Positions 21,721-35,046 of a DNA stretch of 64,000 nucleotides are shown one piece after another. The stretch spans positions 1-64,000 of the forward strand of contig CBFFRP010000145.1 of the NCBI GenBank assembly GCA_965644295.1, in the 5' to 3' direction. Under the pieces are notes generated by a model. That model did no database searches and was not told the DNA's origin. It was given only the letters and a program-made list of their open reading frames with translations. Within the stretch, counting starts at the first letter, position 1, and each line of letters starts with the position of its first letter. Both the position numbers and the translations under genes were made by a program. The stretch comes from Paraphysomonas bandaiensis. Lineage: Eukaryota; Protista; Chrysophyceae.

Positions 21721-24194
21721 TCACGTCAGTCCCGATTGCGGAGAATAGTTGTATTCCAGCTGCACAATGCTGAGCTCACCCTTTTTTATTAACTTTTCAT
21801 AATCCTGCTTCGTGCACACTGTATTAGGGACAAGAAACGGTAGACCTTGGCGTAGTTTCCAATCCATTCCATGAAGAGCTGGTACAAAGTAATTAGGTCG
21901 TTGCTGCGACTGATGAACAACAAATTCATAGGAATCATTTTCAACAGCAACAAAATAATTGAATGTTCCGTGCAGCAATTGTGATGGACATTGTAAAATG
22001 CGCTCATGCCGTGCTCTTTCCACCATCTCCTTAACGTCAATTTCATGTGAGCGTTTCACTTCTATTCTAAAAATTGTGCATGAAATAGTCCAATTCCCAA
22101 TGCACATATTAGTGCTCGTAACTGAATTCTCACCATTGCCTGCAACCACACGCCCTTCTACATCAAAGGTTACTGTGGGTTTCGGGTGTAAAACCTCAAC
22201 TGCATTCTTATTGCCATCACGTGGATCATGGACCGGGCACAGCACACCTTCCTTGAATACAATCAAATCGCCATCCTCAGTAAAATATGAGCTGAATCCT
22301 TTCCGGAGTTCAATCCACCCCCGTGAAAAGTTATCTCGTCCTGCTTCACTTACGCCTTGTCGAATTCGCTTCAAAAAATTATTGACAGCTTTCTCTCGTA
22401 TCATACTCATTGACATTGAATGCATGAGGCCCTTGAGGACTTCCCTCCAAAAGAATAGTGTTTGCTCATAAAATGGACATACATTCACTGATAAACCACT
22501 GGAAAATCGTTTTACGGACCTAAGAAAAGAAACAAGAGAACGTTAATAATTCTAACCGTCATGAATGCATTTACCTGAAGAAAGGGTCAAAAACATTTTC
22601 CGAGACTAATGTTCGCACTTCATCGCTCTGTCCTGCCAGGGTCGATATATTCCTCAGGCAACCAGAACCATACATATCAATCAGAAGGGGAATCAGCTGT
22701 TTCCTCAATTTCCCACGCGTGCTCCATGACGGAGTAGTGTCCTTAAAATATGGAACGCCATACCTTAAAAAATAGAGATATTATTATATCACGAGGGGTA
22801 AAATACAACTCATACTTGTGTGCAAATTCAAAAATTTCGTCTTTCGTGTGAGATAATAGAGGACGCCACACAGGCACCCCTTCGGTTGTACCCTCAGCGG
22901 ACATTCCCGCTAAATCAAGAGGACTGCTTCCCCTGTAATGTCGCAGTAAAAATAGTTCCAGGGTTGATTATTAGCAATTCCTTACCGCATTATATTGGAA
23001 AGTACATTTTCCTGAATATCCCCAACATGGTGTCCGAATATGACCCCAGTACGTCGTTGACATCTCTCTACTCCGACTTTATTTCCAATATCATTACAAA
23101 GAACCTCTTTATAAAAACCATATCGAATATTTCTACTAACTCTTTCGTATTCAGCACGATCAGTAACACCTCTTCGGACTTCGGTGATCACCCTTTCTCT
23201 GTGATGAAATCCCTGATTACATGCCCATTGCTTAACATACGCAGCTTCCGCGGCACTTTCAGGACGATTATTGTAATCGATATGAACCGTAACAACTCTA
23301 TCAATGGAAATCACAGGCCTTAACACAGCAACAATTTTTGCGATAACCATTGAATCGACGCCTAATTAAAAGCTACGTCAATAATACATGATATGCAACC
23401 TCGAGCTCACTGACCTCCTGAGAGAGATATCATTACATCGCGTGACATCGGTGAGCCACTTTTACAGCTTGCACGATCCAGTCTTTCTTCAAGGAACTGT
23501 TTTGTCGATAGAAGAAGTGGCTCATTCATGATTCTACTTTCATCCGCAACAAACTCATGGTGCTCCAATATATCGCATGATTGCTCTGCCTGAATAGAAA
23601 CAGGGTCAATTGGTAATGGAATGTCATTGACACACAACATACTATCTCCCGATCTTCTAAATGCTGGAGCCTGCGAATAGTTTGCTTCCTAAACTTCTGC
23701 AACAATTCTGATGATTTAAATTCTGAATCAATTCTCTTGTCAGTTTCCTGTAATACTTGACGCAAGTTCGGTAGAGTCGAGGCGTGTCTAAATGGCATCA
23801 AAGAAAACACAAATTCATCAACGCTTAAACTTTTGTCCCAGCTACATGGTTCAGTTAGCCTTTGAGCGACTTGTAATGCCAAAGAATCAGCCCTCTTCCT
23901 CTCTGCGGAGTCAGGAGCAAGATCACGATAGATGTGCCTAGAGAACTGATCCAGAATAATGATGAGTGCGAGTGTCGTCCTCTTGTCGGACATCCACTCA
24001 TCAAGTGACTCTAAATCAGCATTCACAATAGAGTTAAAGAGATCAGAAAACATCGCTCGGACACTATCATCCGCCTGTCTCTGCAGCTCAGCGCTACCAG
24101 TCGGAAACCACTTCGTCTTATAGTTGACCTCAATGTCACCGCTGAACCAGTACTCCAGCACAGCACTCGCTTTATCTGACACCGAATCTCCCAT
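21721..24194 (-). CDS. DUF924 + TilS-like PP-loop ATPase (tRNA-Ile lysidine synthetase-like) fusion (multi-exon)
   Basis: N-terminal VLEYWF...KWF...LALIIILDQFSRHIYRD...FSLMPFRHA (DUF924). The spliced PP-loop is MISLSGGVDSMV (intron 23414-23362), followed by VHIDYNNRPES, RNIRYGFY, FGHHVGDIQENVLSN, WRPLL and YGVPYFKDTTPSWSTRGKLR. Confidence 0.85.
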
Positions 24195-24270
24195 GCCTCC
24201 ACACTGTGCGCAAAGTGAGTGTCTGGACACTTCCAATATATATGATGCAGGCAGGTGGACCAGTGGACGA

Positions 24271-24655
24271 TACATACATACATACATACATACATACATA
24301 CATACATACATACATACATACATACATACATACATACATACATACATACATACATACATACATACATACATACATACATACATACATACATACATACATA
24401 CATACATACATACATACATACATACACTGTACATACATACATACACTGTACATACATACATACATACATACATACATACATACATACATACATACATACA
24501 TACATACATACATACATACATACATACATACATACATACATACATACATACATACATACATGTACATACATACATACATACATACATACATACATACATA
24601 CACCTACCTACATACCTACCTACCTACCTACTGTACCTACCTACATACATACATA
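24271..24655. repeat. (TACA)n microsatellite in a divergent promoter
   Basis: ~385 bp of TACA with a TACC-variant tail, ~75 bp from the ATG at 24194 (-). Confidence 0.98.
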
Positions 24656-25069
24656 GAGCAGTACATACTGCTGTATGTTTTGTGGACAGCCTGGAAAGGA
24701 AAAGCCTGGTATTTTATATTTTGATGTCAATAATTTGAGGATTTTCTCCCAGTCATTTAAAATTTTGAAATCTAAAATTAATTTTGAGATGATATGAATT
24801 TAAAATTCGAATCTACTTTTTTATGTACTTGACGGCGTGAAGTGATTTTGGATACAGTGTTTCTATGTATGTATATGTACTGCTGTATGTATGGGTAAGC
24901 GAATATATACATACATCCACATGGAGTACGGAGTGTATGAGATGCGTGAGAGCTATTAAGCATATCGTATCATTCCACACTAACAAACCCCATCATCGGT
25001 CACTTCAGAGACTAGACAGAGAGACACAACACATCCTCCCTTCGAAGTAGATTAGATCTGTGTAGAATC

Positions 25070-28000
25070 ATGTCAAGCCGCAGTGCTCGTACAGGGTCGT
25101 CTCGCAGTAAGCGTCGTGAGGTGTTGGACGGCTTAAAGAAGATGCAGGAGGGCGGCCTGTCGCGTGTAGAGACTCTACAGGTGAGTGAGTGTGTAGTCCG
25201 ATGAGTGTCTGTGAATCTGATGTCTGTTATCAGCTCGATGAAGAGAAAGACGTATTCGATCTATTGGACGATAGCGAATACCAGAAACTCGTTGAAGAAC
25301 GAAGAAAAACAAACGACTTTGTTGTTGATGATGGTGTTGACTGATAATGATAGTAATACTCGACTTATTCTCTTGTTATTAATATGTAGAAAACTTGGGA
25401 TATGCTGACGACGGCGAGGAACATCTGGGAGTTGCAGATGACACAGCAGCAGGTCTACTCTTTGTACTCTGTAAGATTTTGTAGTTACCAATTGCACAGC
25501 CAAAAAGCGAGCGCAAGAGTCTGTAGTAGAGAGCAAGTACTACAAGAAGGCGCGGCGTCTTGGAGCTGCAGCACCACCAGCTCCAGCGAACGGTCAAAAG
25601 AACACCATGTTTAATTTTTTTCGCTCTGGACAGAGTTCTGTTTCTAACCTGGCACCCACCTCACGAAACGAGGCAGAAGGTACCCAAATTACTTAATTTT
25701 GGTATCAATGAATAGTAATTTCGCGAAACTTTTGCGTATTTATAGATACCCTTGACTTGGATAGCATTTTGGATAATATCGGACGGTCGTCGAAACCTCC
25801 TCGCAAGCCAGTGCCCCGTGCGGCTGGAAGGGCACATTTTGCTGCGAGCGCTGTGCATCAAAGTAGTATAAAAGAAGAGACAGGAGCAGCAATTGATGAC
25901 TATGAAGACTACTATAATTCTGCAACAGATAACTTTGGAGATGATACCTCCGCACCTACTGGAGATACTATCGCTTCCCCGGTGGCTGATAGTATTGTAG
26001 ATGACCGCCCTGAAACTGAGAGCACTGAACAAGCCGCGCCTATTCCAACAGAATCTGCTGAAAATGATATACAGCAGCAACAGCGAAAAATATCTTTAAC
26101 CCAAACTAAAAAGAAGTTAAAGCCGCGGCAAGTTGCTTCTCCTGATGGATCTCATCCCCCGCTAAAGCCCGTCTCAGACTACTACACGGATATGCTGACT
26201 GCAAGTGGGGACAATGACGTTTTAATTTCTTCTGCGCCATCATCTCGCAGCTCCTCTATCGACCCCGCGTGGTGGTTAATGAAAACACAGGACACCGATA
26301 GCAATCAAGGCCAGCCAGTTGAGGACTACGTTCCCATGTTCTGGACTGATGCCACAGAGGCCAATGGAGTTATTTATCTTTTTGGAAAAATTGCAGTCAC
26401 CGAGCCAGGCACTGCTAAACAGTTTGTGAGTTGCTGTGTTGCTGTACATGGATGCGAGCGCAACCTGTTTGTACTTCCAAAAAAATTAGAAGGCCTAAAA
26501 GCGGACGGCTCACCGTTGAGAGCTGGAATGGCCGAAGTATATGCCGACCTCAATCGCATCTTGGTACCAGATGTGATTCCTCGTTCTCAGGGGAAAGGTT
26601 TCCGTTGCAAGCCTGTGCAGCGCAAGTATGCGTTTGATCTCGAAGATGTGCCAAGAGATAGCACAGAGTACATGAAGGTGGTTTACTCATCAAAGCACGG
26701 CACCCCCTCTACAACTCTATGTAATGACCCCAGTAGAGTTGCACCGTCGATAGAGCGTATATTTGGCGGCTCGGTTAGTGCCCTCGAGTGGTTTCTTCTC
26801 AAAAGAAAGCTAATGGGTCCGTGCTGGATTATTGTTCGCCGACCTAGAGTAATGCCAGATAACTTGTCCTGGTGTAAGGTAGAGATTGCTGTGGAGGATC
26901 CAAAGTATATTACGAAGATGCCGAGTGCGGAATCTCCTCCAGCCCCACACCTTACAACTATGAGCATATGTATGAAGACTGTTGTCAATCCATCTACGCA
27001 CGTTCACGAGATTGTTTGTATTGCGGGAGTTGTTCACACCAAAGTTGACGTAGATGGCGATACTACACTCTCTCCTCATTTTTTGAAGCGGTTTGCCTTT
27101 ATCCGACAGTTATCTACGACTTGCGGTACAGGTTATCCAGCAAACTTTCCACATGATATAGATACTGAGATTAGTCGATCTGGCGGGGGGTCTATTACTA
27201 CGTGTGCGAATGAGCGAGCACTTCTCAGTGCGTTTTTCAGCCGCCTTCATGTAGAGGACCCCGATGTCCTTGCTTCTCACAACCTATTCGGGTTTGAGTT
27301 CGATGTTATTCTCTCTCGTGCAACTGCGAACAAGCTACCTACGTGGAACAAAATAGGGAGATTGCGAAGATCCAAAATTCCCAGGGGTATTAGTGACCGT
27401 GATGTGGCTTCTGGGCGCCTTTTGTGTGATACATACAAAGCAGCCAAGGAGTTTCTTCGAGAGACAACTTATAGTTTAGGACACCTAGCAGCGTCGCAGC
27501 TACAAGTTGAACGTCAAGAAGTTGACCCTGTCGATGTTCCCAGATATTTTTTTGACTCCAAGAGTATTGTGAAACTGGCCATACACACTTTAAATGATGC
27601 GTTTATTGTCCAGCGACTTGTGCTGAAACTTCAAGTTGTCCCTCTGACTAAACAACTGACGAATTTGTCTGGAAATTTGTGGGCCCGCACGATGAGAGGA
27701 GCGAGAGCGGAACGTATTGAGTACCTTTTATTACACGAGTTCCACAATCTGAAATATATTATCCCTGAGCGCAAGCCTTTTGACAATGCCGGTGGTAAAG
27801 GGAATGCCACGAAGCGCGCTTGGGATGATGACGGCGATGACGACGACATGAATAAAGTTGGGGGGCATTCAAGAACTCGAGCGAAGGCTGCTTATGCCGG
27901 GGGACTGGTACTGGAACCAAAGAAAGGGTTATATGATACTTATATTCTACTTCTGGACTTTAATTCTTTGTATCCCTCACTTATACAAGAGTACAATCTC

Positions 28001-30152
28001 TGCTTCACTACGATTGAGTGGACTAAATTCAATAATGATGAGAAAAACGTTCAAGACACTGCAGCAGCAGACGATGTGGACGACGTAGCACCCGCTGGAG
28101 ATGGTATGCACGCGCTGGCTCCTGTTCCTGACTCGTCATTGCCACAAGGGGTTTTGCCTCGAGTTATCAAAACATTGGTAGATAGAAGGCGTGAAGTAAA
28201 AGCTATTTTGAAGAAAACGAAAGAGCCTTCTGCAAGACAGCAGTTGGATATCCGACAGAAAGCTTTGAAGCTTACTGCCAACAGTATGTACGGCTGTCTT
28301 GGCTTCAGCTTCTCTCGGTTCTATGCGAAGCCTATCGCTGCATTGGTAACTGCTAAGGGTCGTGAGGCACTGCAAAGAACGGTAGATCAGGCAAGAGATC
28401 AAATGGGGTTGGATGTCATATATGGAGATACAGATAGTGTAATGTAAGCTGGGTTGCTTTTTATGGCAGTGTCTGACAATGTAATACAGGATTAACACGA
28501 ATTCCACAGATTTAGGTATTGCAAAAAAAATTGGAAATGAAGTGAAAAAGGAAGTGAATAAGCTTTATCGCTCTCTGGAACTAGATACTGATGGCATATT
28601 TAAGTCCATGTTACTGCTAAAAAAGAAGAAGTATGCCGCACTGCTAATCAACGAAGACGCCAATGGGAGCGTAACATTTGAGAAAGAAATGAAAGGTCTG
28701 GATCTGGTGCGAAGGGACTGGTGCCCTTTATCAAAGGCAGCCGGAAAGTATGTTGTTGATAAAATCTTAAGTGGGGAATCTCGTGAGGATATAGTTGCTG
28801 CGATACATGATTATCTCGGGTCATTGGCAACATCTGTACGAGCTGGTGAAGTGGATTTGTCGGAATTTGTAGTGACGAAAGGCTTAAATAAAAGTCCAAA
28901 AGATTACCCTGATGTTAAAGGACAACCTCATCTCCAGGTGGCTTTGCAGCTATTAAAAGCAAATAAACCAGTGAATATCGGGGATCATATTCCGTATGTT
29001 ATTTGTTGTGAGGGCCCAGAAAAAAATGTTGCTGAAAGGGCTCACCATCCTGACGAAATTGCTAGGGGTAAAGGTGAGTTGACAGTGGACTACGAATGGT
29101 ACTTGTCACAGCAAATCCTGCCGCCAATTTCTCGTCTATGTGAGCCTATTGAGGGAACTTCTCCAGCTATATTGTCGCAACACTTGGGCCTGGATACGTC
29201 GAGGTAAGAGATACAGCTGTTGCGACTGACAAAATAGTGATTTTTCTAACATAGGTATTCGAATCGTACGTCCGCTTTTGACGAATTTGAAGATGGATGG
29301 GGATTTACTCCTAGATGTAATACTGATGATGCAGTGAGATTCAAAGACTGTGAACAGTTGAAATTGAAGTGTTTATCATGCAAGGAGGTTTTAATATTAG
29401 TCGGCAACATTGATTCGTACTTATGAACTGTTAGGTGCAAAAATTTTCTGGTGTATTTGGAGTCAACAGTGGCAGTGGGCTAGTCTGCCCGACTTGTGGA
29501 GCGGAGTTCTGGGGACGACGGTACGTTGTTATTTTTATATTCCGAATGCAACTGACTTTGATCGAGTAGGAATGCTATCGATTGTTTCAGCTACATATCT
29601 AACAGAGTTACACTATTGGTCAGAGAATGTGTGCTCAGATATTATGACTGCTGGCTGATTTGCGATGATCACACATGTCAAAGGTTCAGGCTGCAATGAA
29701 CTTGTCTGTAAGTGTTAAGTTGTGTATCTCTACAGGAGAACTAAGCAGCAGTCTGTACTCGGTTATGCCTGTACTGGGAATTGTCACGGGAGAATGGTGC
29801 AGGTATGGAAATATCAAAGTCATAATGGCGAGGCTGTAAACAAGAAATATAGGAATATGGAGATGCCACATTGCATACCCAATTGAAATATATGGAAACT
29901 CTCTTTGATGTGCCAAGATCTCTGTCTAAGAGGAAATTACCCGCCGATAGGTATCCTGCTATTTGTCTTAGTTTACATGTCTCATCGAGGTGTTCTAGCT
30001 TCTGTGGTATACCAGAAACACACAGAGAAATATATAATTACGTTTTGAAGTCTCAAATGCATCATGTGGTCAAATGGAGTGCTTACGATCGGATAAAACC
30101 CAGTATTTGGACCCAGTTGTTCACAAAAGGTGCATCAAGTTCATCTGCTTAG
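25070..30152 (+). CDS. POLA1: DNA polymerase alpha catalytic subunit (multi-exon)
   Basis: N-terminal [107 protein letters not shown], and C-terminal Zn-finger cysteines. Confidence 0.98.
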
Positions 30153-30424
30153 CCAGGGGGTTAGGTTGGATTAGGTGATCGGTCAACATGGTAGCTATTC
30201 GTTGCATCGTCGTGCTAAATAAACAGTGTTACGATTATTATCTCAGCCTATTTAGAAGGATATAGTGAGCAAGTAAATAAACTTTTACGTTGATTTATGA
30301 CATGACCTCGAAGCTTTATAATTACTAACGTTACTCCTACGCACCATGAAAGAGAACTAGAACTATTAACGATGATGCATCGCTCGCATCGCTCTACTTG
30401 ATTTGCGCTTGTTGCTGCAACTAT

Positions 30425-30540
30425 ACTATTGCAGTATATTGTAAGCTGCTTTAACAGTAACAATGTTGATGGGATATTTAGTCGGTCCACATATCAATAT
30501 ATTTTACAAATATGATGTAATATTTTGTTCCCTAGCCCTG
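30425..30540 (-). mobile_element. Diverged left-end fragment of the hAT family
   Basis: Ends ...aatattttgttccctagccctg, the reverse complement of the family TIR. The upstream sequence matches the family subterminal region. Confidence 0.7.
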
Positions 30541-31995
30541 TTATGTTGTATATAGTAGAAATTAACATGAGTTACCTTTTAAAGAAAGGTAACACACAGA
30601 TGGTTTAAATGGTCATCATTGACGAATAAAACATCAGTAAAATAGTTCACATTCTTAATGGCCACGAGCTTTTATATATACAGTAACTACATACCGATTT
30701 ATCTAGTATATTTCCTAACACTTAATTAAGGCCACGCAATATTGTATTGTTTAACTACCGCATTGTAATTGACACTTACAAACCAAAAAAGTTTCACTAT
30801 AAGCTATATTCAATAATACGTAGTTACAATATACGGGATCTTTATTTATAGTTGCGTCATGTAACAGGATATTCACCCTCAGATATCTCATGATGGAGTA
30901 TATATAGTGATGGAAGCAACCAACAACATATTAGAAAGTGCAGTGCATACTCAACAATCAACAACATTAATTCAGTCACAACTCAAAAAATACGACGTAC
31001 CCCAAATTGACTTCCACAAAACACTGCACTTATATGTATCACATATAATCATATTGTTTCTAGTGGGTCACAGCAGAGTTTATTCCGGGTTGCGCTTTCT
31101 GAAGTTACACAGTGAAAGTAGGAAAGAAAGTATATACAACTTTAATTATAATAAACTTTTATTAAAGCCGTTGGTCATTATAACAAATCTATGATGAAGA
31201 AAAAGAAGGAAGAACCTAGAATGCAGAGATATGGGATAAATCTAAAGATACACATAATTATATTCATTAGCTTACCTAATAAGATATACCATATACTACA
31301 TCTTGTACAATATAAACCCCACGCAGGCATTGAACACCACACATAGAGTGTAGTAAGACGTCCCTTGTCGTCGTTTGCTGTGTAATCAGTGCATATGATT
31401 GAACTTATTGGCTGCAACTCGTCTGCTTCAATGTCCTATGATGTCCTGAATGAGGTTAACGAGTCTGCTTCAACCCAATACATACGAGCGATGTGACAGC
31501 CACCATCAATATATCCTTATGCTATTAGATGCAAGGATTGAAGCTATCGCCCTTGAGCAAGTGGCAGGATCCTGCACGACTGGAATCATTTGAGCTGCAC
31601 GGCATCATCCGCCACACTGTATTCAGAGTACTGTACTGTATGTATTGCTGCAGTGAAGAACGTGACAATTTGAAGTTAGAAAAAACTGAAATATATAGTA
31701 GCGACCCTACAAGATGCTCAAGTGGAAAAATAATTCATTTTGTGTCTCTTCAAGATCGCCAAGTTGCACGTCAGCCAGCAGAATTTTCACTTCATTTTCA
31801 AATCTCCACAGCGTACATATAGATACATGCATACATACATATACAAATAGCGTTGACTGCCTACATACACAGCACTACAGCAGTACTCCTAACCAGGTCA
31901 AGTCAGTCAGTTCATAACTTAACACCCTGAGGAGTTAGCAGGACACAACACCCACCCACTGCAAGCAGAACAAGACGAAGATACCCATATCCCCG

Positions 31996-32466
31996 ATGAC
32001 TAGTCAGGACTCACAGAAGCACAGCTGGCAGATCCCTCGAAGCGGCAGGGGACAAATGGTAAAACACCGTGCATCACGAAAAGTAGTGTATGTTGTTGAT
32101 GATGTTCCCAAATACAAGACCATGAGCTCACTATCAAAACGTTCTGATAGCCGCTATTACCGCCAGCGACCTGTGACAGCCCTTGTTGAGGACTGGAAGC
32201 GACGAGGTAACTATCGTGCTGGGAGACGACGTAGAACTCACACCAGCAAGCTTTCCGGCGCCAGAATGTGGCCATCTGCTCCACACAACACAAGCTCCAT
32301 GATCATGGACATGCATAACACCCCAAGACACTCCCTAGACCAAGTTACCATGCCAACTTCCGTCGAGGAAACTATGTGGAATGGTTTGAACTTATTTGGT
32401 AGTTTTCTTCCTCAGTTGACCAGGGAGGACTACAAAAAGCTCTTCAATGACGACGATCTCCTATGA
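31996..32466 (+). CDS. Small basic protein with an Arg-rich patch and an APHNTS (HEXIM PYNT-like) motif
   Basis: A 156-aa intronless ORF downstream of a promoter-like TACA/TACAGCAG region, containing RAGRRRRTH...APHNTSSMIMDMH. Confidence 0.65.
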   Translation: MTSQDSQKHSWQIPRSGRGQMVKHRASRKVVYVVDDVPKYKTMSSLSKRSDSRYYRQRPVTALVEDWKRRGNYRAGRRRRTHTSKLSGARMWPSAPHNTSSMIMDMHNTPRHSLDQVTMPTSVEETMWNGLNLFGSFLPQLTREDYKKLFNDDDLL

Positions 32467-33726
32467 GTTTTTGGTTGCTACACTCAATAAATTGTGTATT
32501 CCCAGTGGGAATGTACCCAGTTGGTGTAGTCACCCTCCAATGCTGGTATCAAGAAGTCACAGACGTTCATGTAAGTGTGGCTCTGTCACCTGTTTCAGGT
32601 TAAGTGTTTCATATTATTTTATACATATTATTGTACAAAGTGAACCCCAGACTCTGGTTACGTACCGCTGCGGCTTCTTCTGCCCCGTGGCCACGTAAGT
32701 GGTTCCTGAAGGTAGTGGGTTGCTGCTGTATGTCTGCGCCTGTCGTACATCATTTCGTTGTTTTGTCGATGTCGTATTGCAAAATGCTCTATAGACTAGA
32801 TCGTTGTTGTGTTTCTTATATCGCTATCATGTGATATATGTGCCACTTTCGATTTGACTAGATGACAAAATGACGTTCGCTAGCTCAGAGCCTTAGATGT
32901 TTTTGTAGATGCTTTGGGAAGGTTGTGGATATAATATAGTAAACATAGTGTAGTCATGTAGTGTTAGAATATTAATAATATATTAGCATGATTTATTATC
33001 ATTCTTAAAATATTGTTTAAAATATTGGTGTTGTATATGGGATGGCATGTAGCATGTACTATTGACTATTGGTCATTTTCAAAATTAAGATCGTTAGAGT
33101 TAAGAGAAGCTAATTGTAATCAAACTAGATAGACTCTTTTATTATATTATTGCATACACAGTTGTGTGTTTTGTCAAGTAACACATGCTATTTTTCGTTG
33201 ATGTCAACCACTGCTCAACTTCCAATACTTCAGTTTCACAGTTATAGCTATATAGTATCTTTGACTACGTATTACTGTTTTTCACATTATATTTAACGTA
33301 TTCTACAGTACTATCGTAGAGAACCATGATACCTATTTCAACATGTACTGACAACTGCTGCAAGCTCATAACGTAGTTTGATATGTCCTTGATCGTTTTG
33401 TAAGACATAGTATGGCACACAATGTAGTCGATAGCGTACTCTTTTTTTCATTCGCGTAAATAATTATTTTATTGTGCTACTTAGAATACGTGAATACTTT
33501 CTTGCCTGCAAAATCGATTCCCGTGCTGAATAACTCTGGAATAGAACAATATAATATGAAAGACTAATTCAGCGCATAACATTTGCATATATTATCAACC
33601 TGCTATTCAGGCAAAACACAATATAATATATATTTCTTTCTAAATTCTAAAGTATCACGTGTCTTAGAGTAGGCTTGTATGAATAGGGGCAACGATATCA
33701 TCCTAAGTCTAAACATGAAGCTATTA

Positions 33727-34401
33727 TCAAAGACAATATTCGTTTGGGTCTTGAGTATCCATTGCCTGCTCTATTTTGCATGTCACCAATGTCTGCGGCT
33801 GAAGTACCTCTGGATCACTTCGGATTTCCTTTACACAATTCGATTCAATGGACTCGTCCACACATGAACTAGAACTCAGATCTGCAATTTGTTTTGAAGA
33901 ACCGCCTACAAACAGTATAAGCCAGAGGACAAACGACCTACTACTCCAAGTATTTCGAGATCCAGCACACGCGAGATCAATATACTTCCGTCGAGCTGCT
34001 TCCCGTTGCACTTGTAGATAGAGATCATCAAAAACAACACGGCGCTCACAAGTAACTACATCGCCCCACTCCTCCCAACAACTAGGACCTTGACTACCAA
34101 AATATCCTGGTGTTAGAGTGTATGTACCTTCGCATTCAGAATATATCTGAGAGGGGTTAGTCGCCATCCACTCGATAAAATTGACATTACCATTGCAGAG
34201 AAATAGCCGCAGCCCGTAGCAAAACGGTGATGGTGACTGTGATCTGCGTATACATACTTGGGTTTTCAGGACTACAGGCTTTCGCGGAACTGTGTAAGGA
34301 AGAATCAATGGAGATATACCAGGTCTATGACAACTGGCAGAATATTTCCTTGTAACAGTGATTGGAGACTTATAAACAGATTTTTTCCTGGAGGCTTCCA
34401 T
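33727..34401 (-). CDS. Hypothetical protein
   Basis: An ORF of ~224 aa from ATG 34401, divergent from the 35047 gene with a TACAGCAG site between them. No recognisable domain. Confidence 0.45.
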   Translation of the reverse strand: MEASRKKSVYKSPITVTRKYSASCHRPGISPLILPYTVPRKPVVLKTQVCIRRSQSPSPFCYGLRLFLCNGNVNFIEWMATNPSQIYSECEGTYTLTPGYFGSQGPSCWEEWGDVVTCERRVVFDDLYLQVQREAARRKYIDLACAGSRNTWSSRSFVLWLILFVGGSSKQIADLSSSSCVDESIESNCVKEIRSDPEVLQPQTLVTCKIEQAMDTQDPNEYCL

Positions 34402-35046
34402 ACTAACATATATGTGCACGGTGTGGTGTTATTCACGTACAAACTGGGACGTCACGGTGGCAGATTAATCCGATAAGCCTTAAAGCACAACTACTCTCTA
34501 CGACAAAGCCACAGAAATTTCCCAAAGTTCTAGCTGATAACTCGCACTTGAGAGATGATGAAAATGTACACATAATACCTGGGAGGTAATTGATAGGAAG
34601 AGATTTTCTTTTACATGTACGATTCAATTGCATATTGTTGAGTATCTTTCTTGCTAAATGCAATTGCAAAGCGCATATTTGCAGCACAGTCTATAGCAGC
34701 AGTAGGCTACAGTCGTTTCAGTGTTGTAGATGTGGACGGGCTACAACTCTTGCACGTATGATGTGGTTCATCCGGCTATATATACAGCAGTGTACTCTGG
34801 GTATTATATGCGGGCTACATCTAGAACATGTTCTTTTTCTCTACTTCGAGATCTTCTTGATGTCAGTTGATGACATGGTATACACTGTACTATTCTATAC
34901 ATAAGATACTGCTTCCCTCATATGATATTTTGAAGGGGTCATACGTGGAGTGTCGTGTCATACTTGAAAGGAAACAGTTCAGTGGTATCATAATCATAGC
35001 TGACAGTAGAGATGAGTTTAATCTAACGGAACAGCCGCATAGACAA

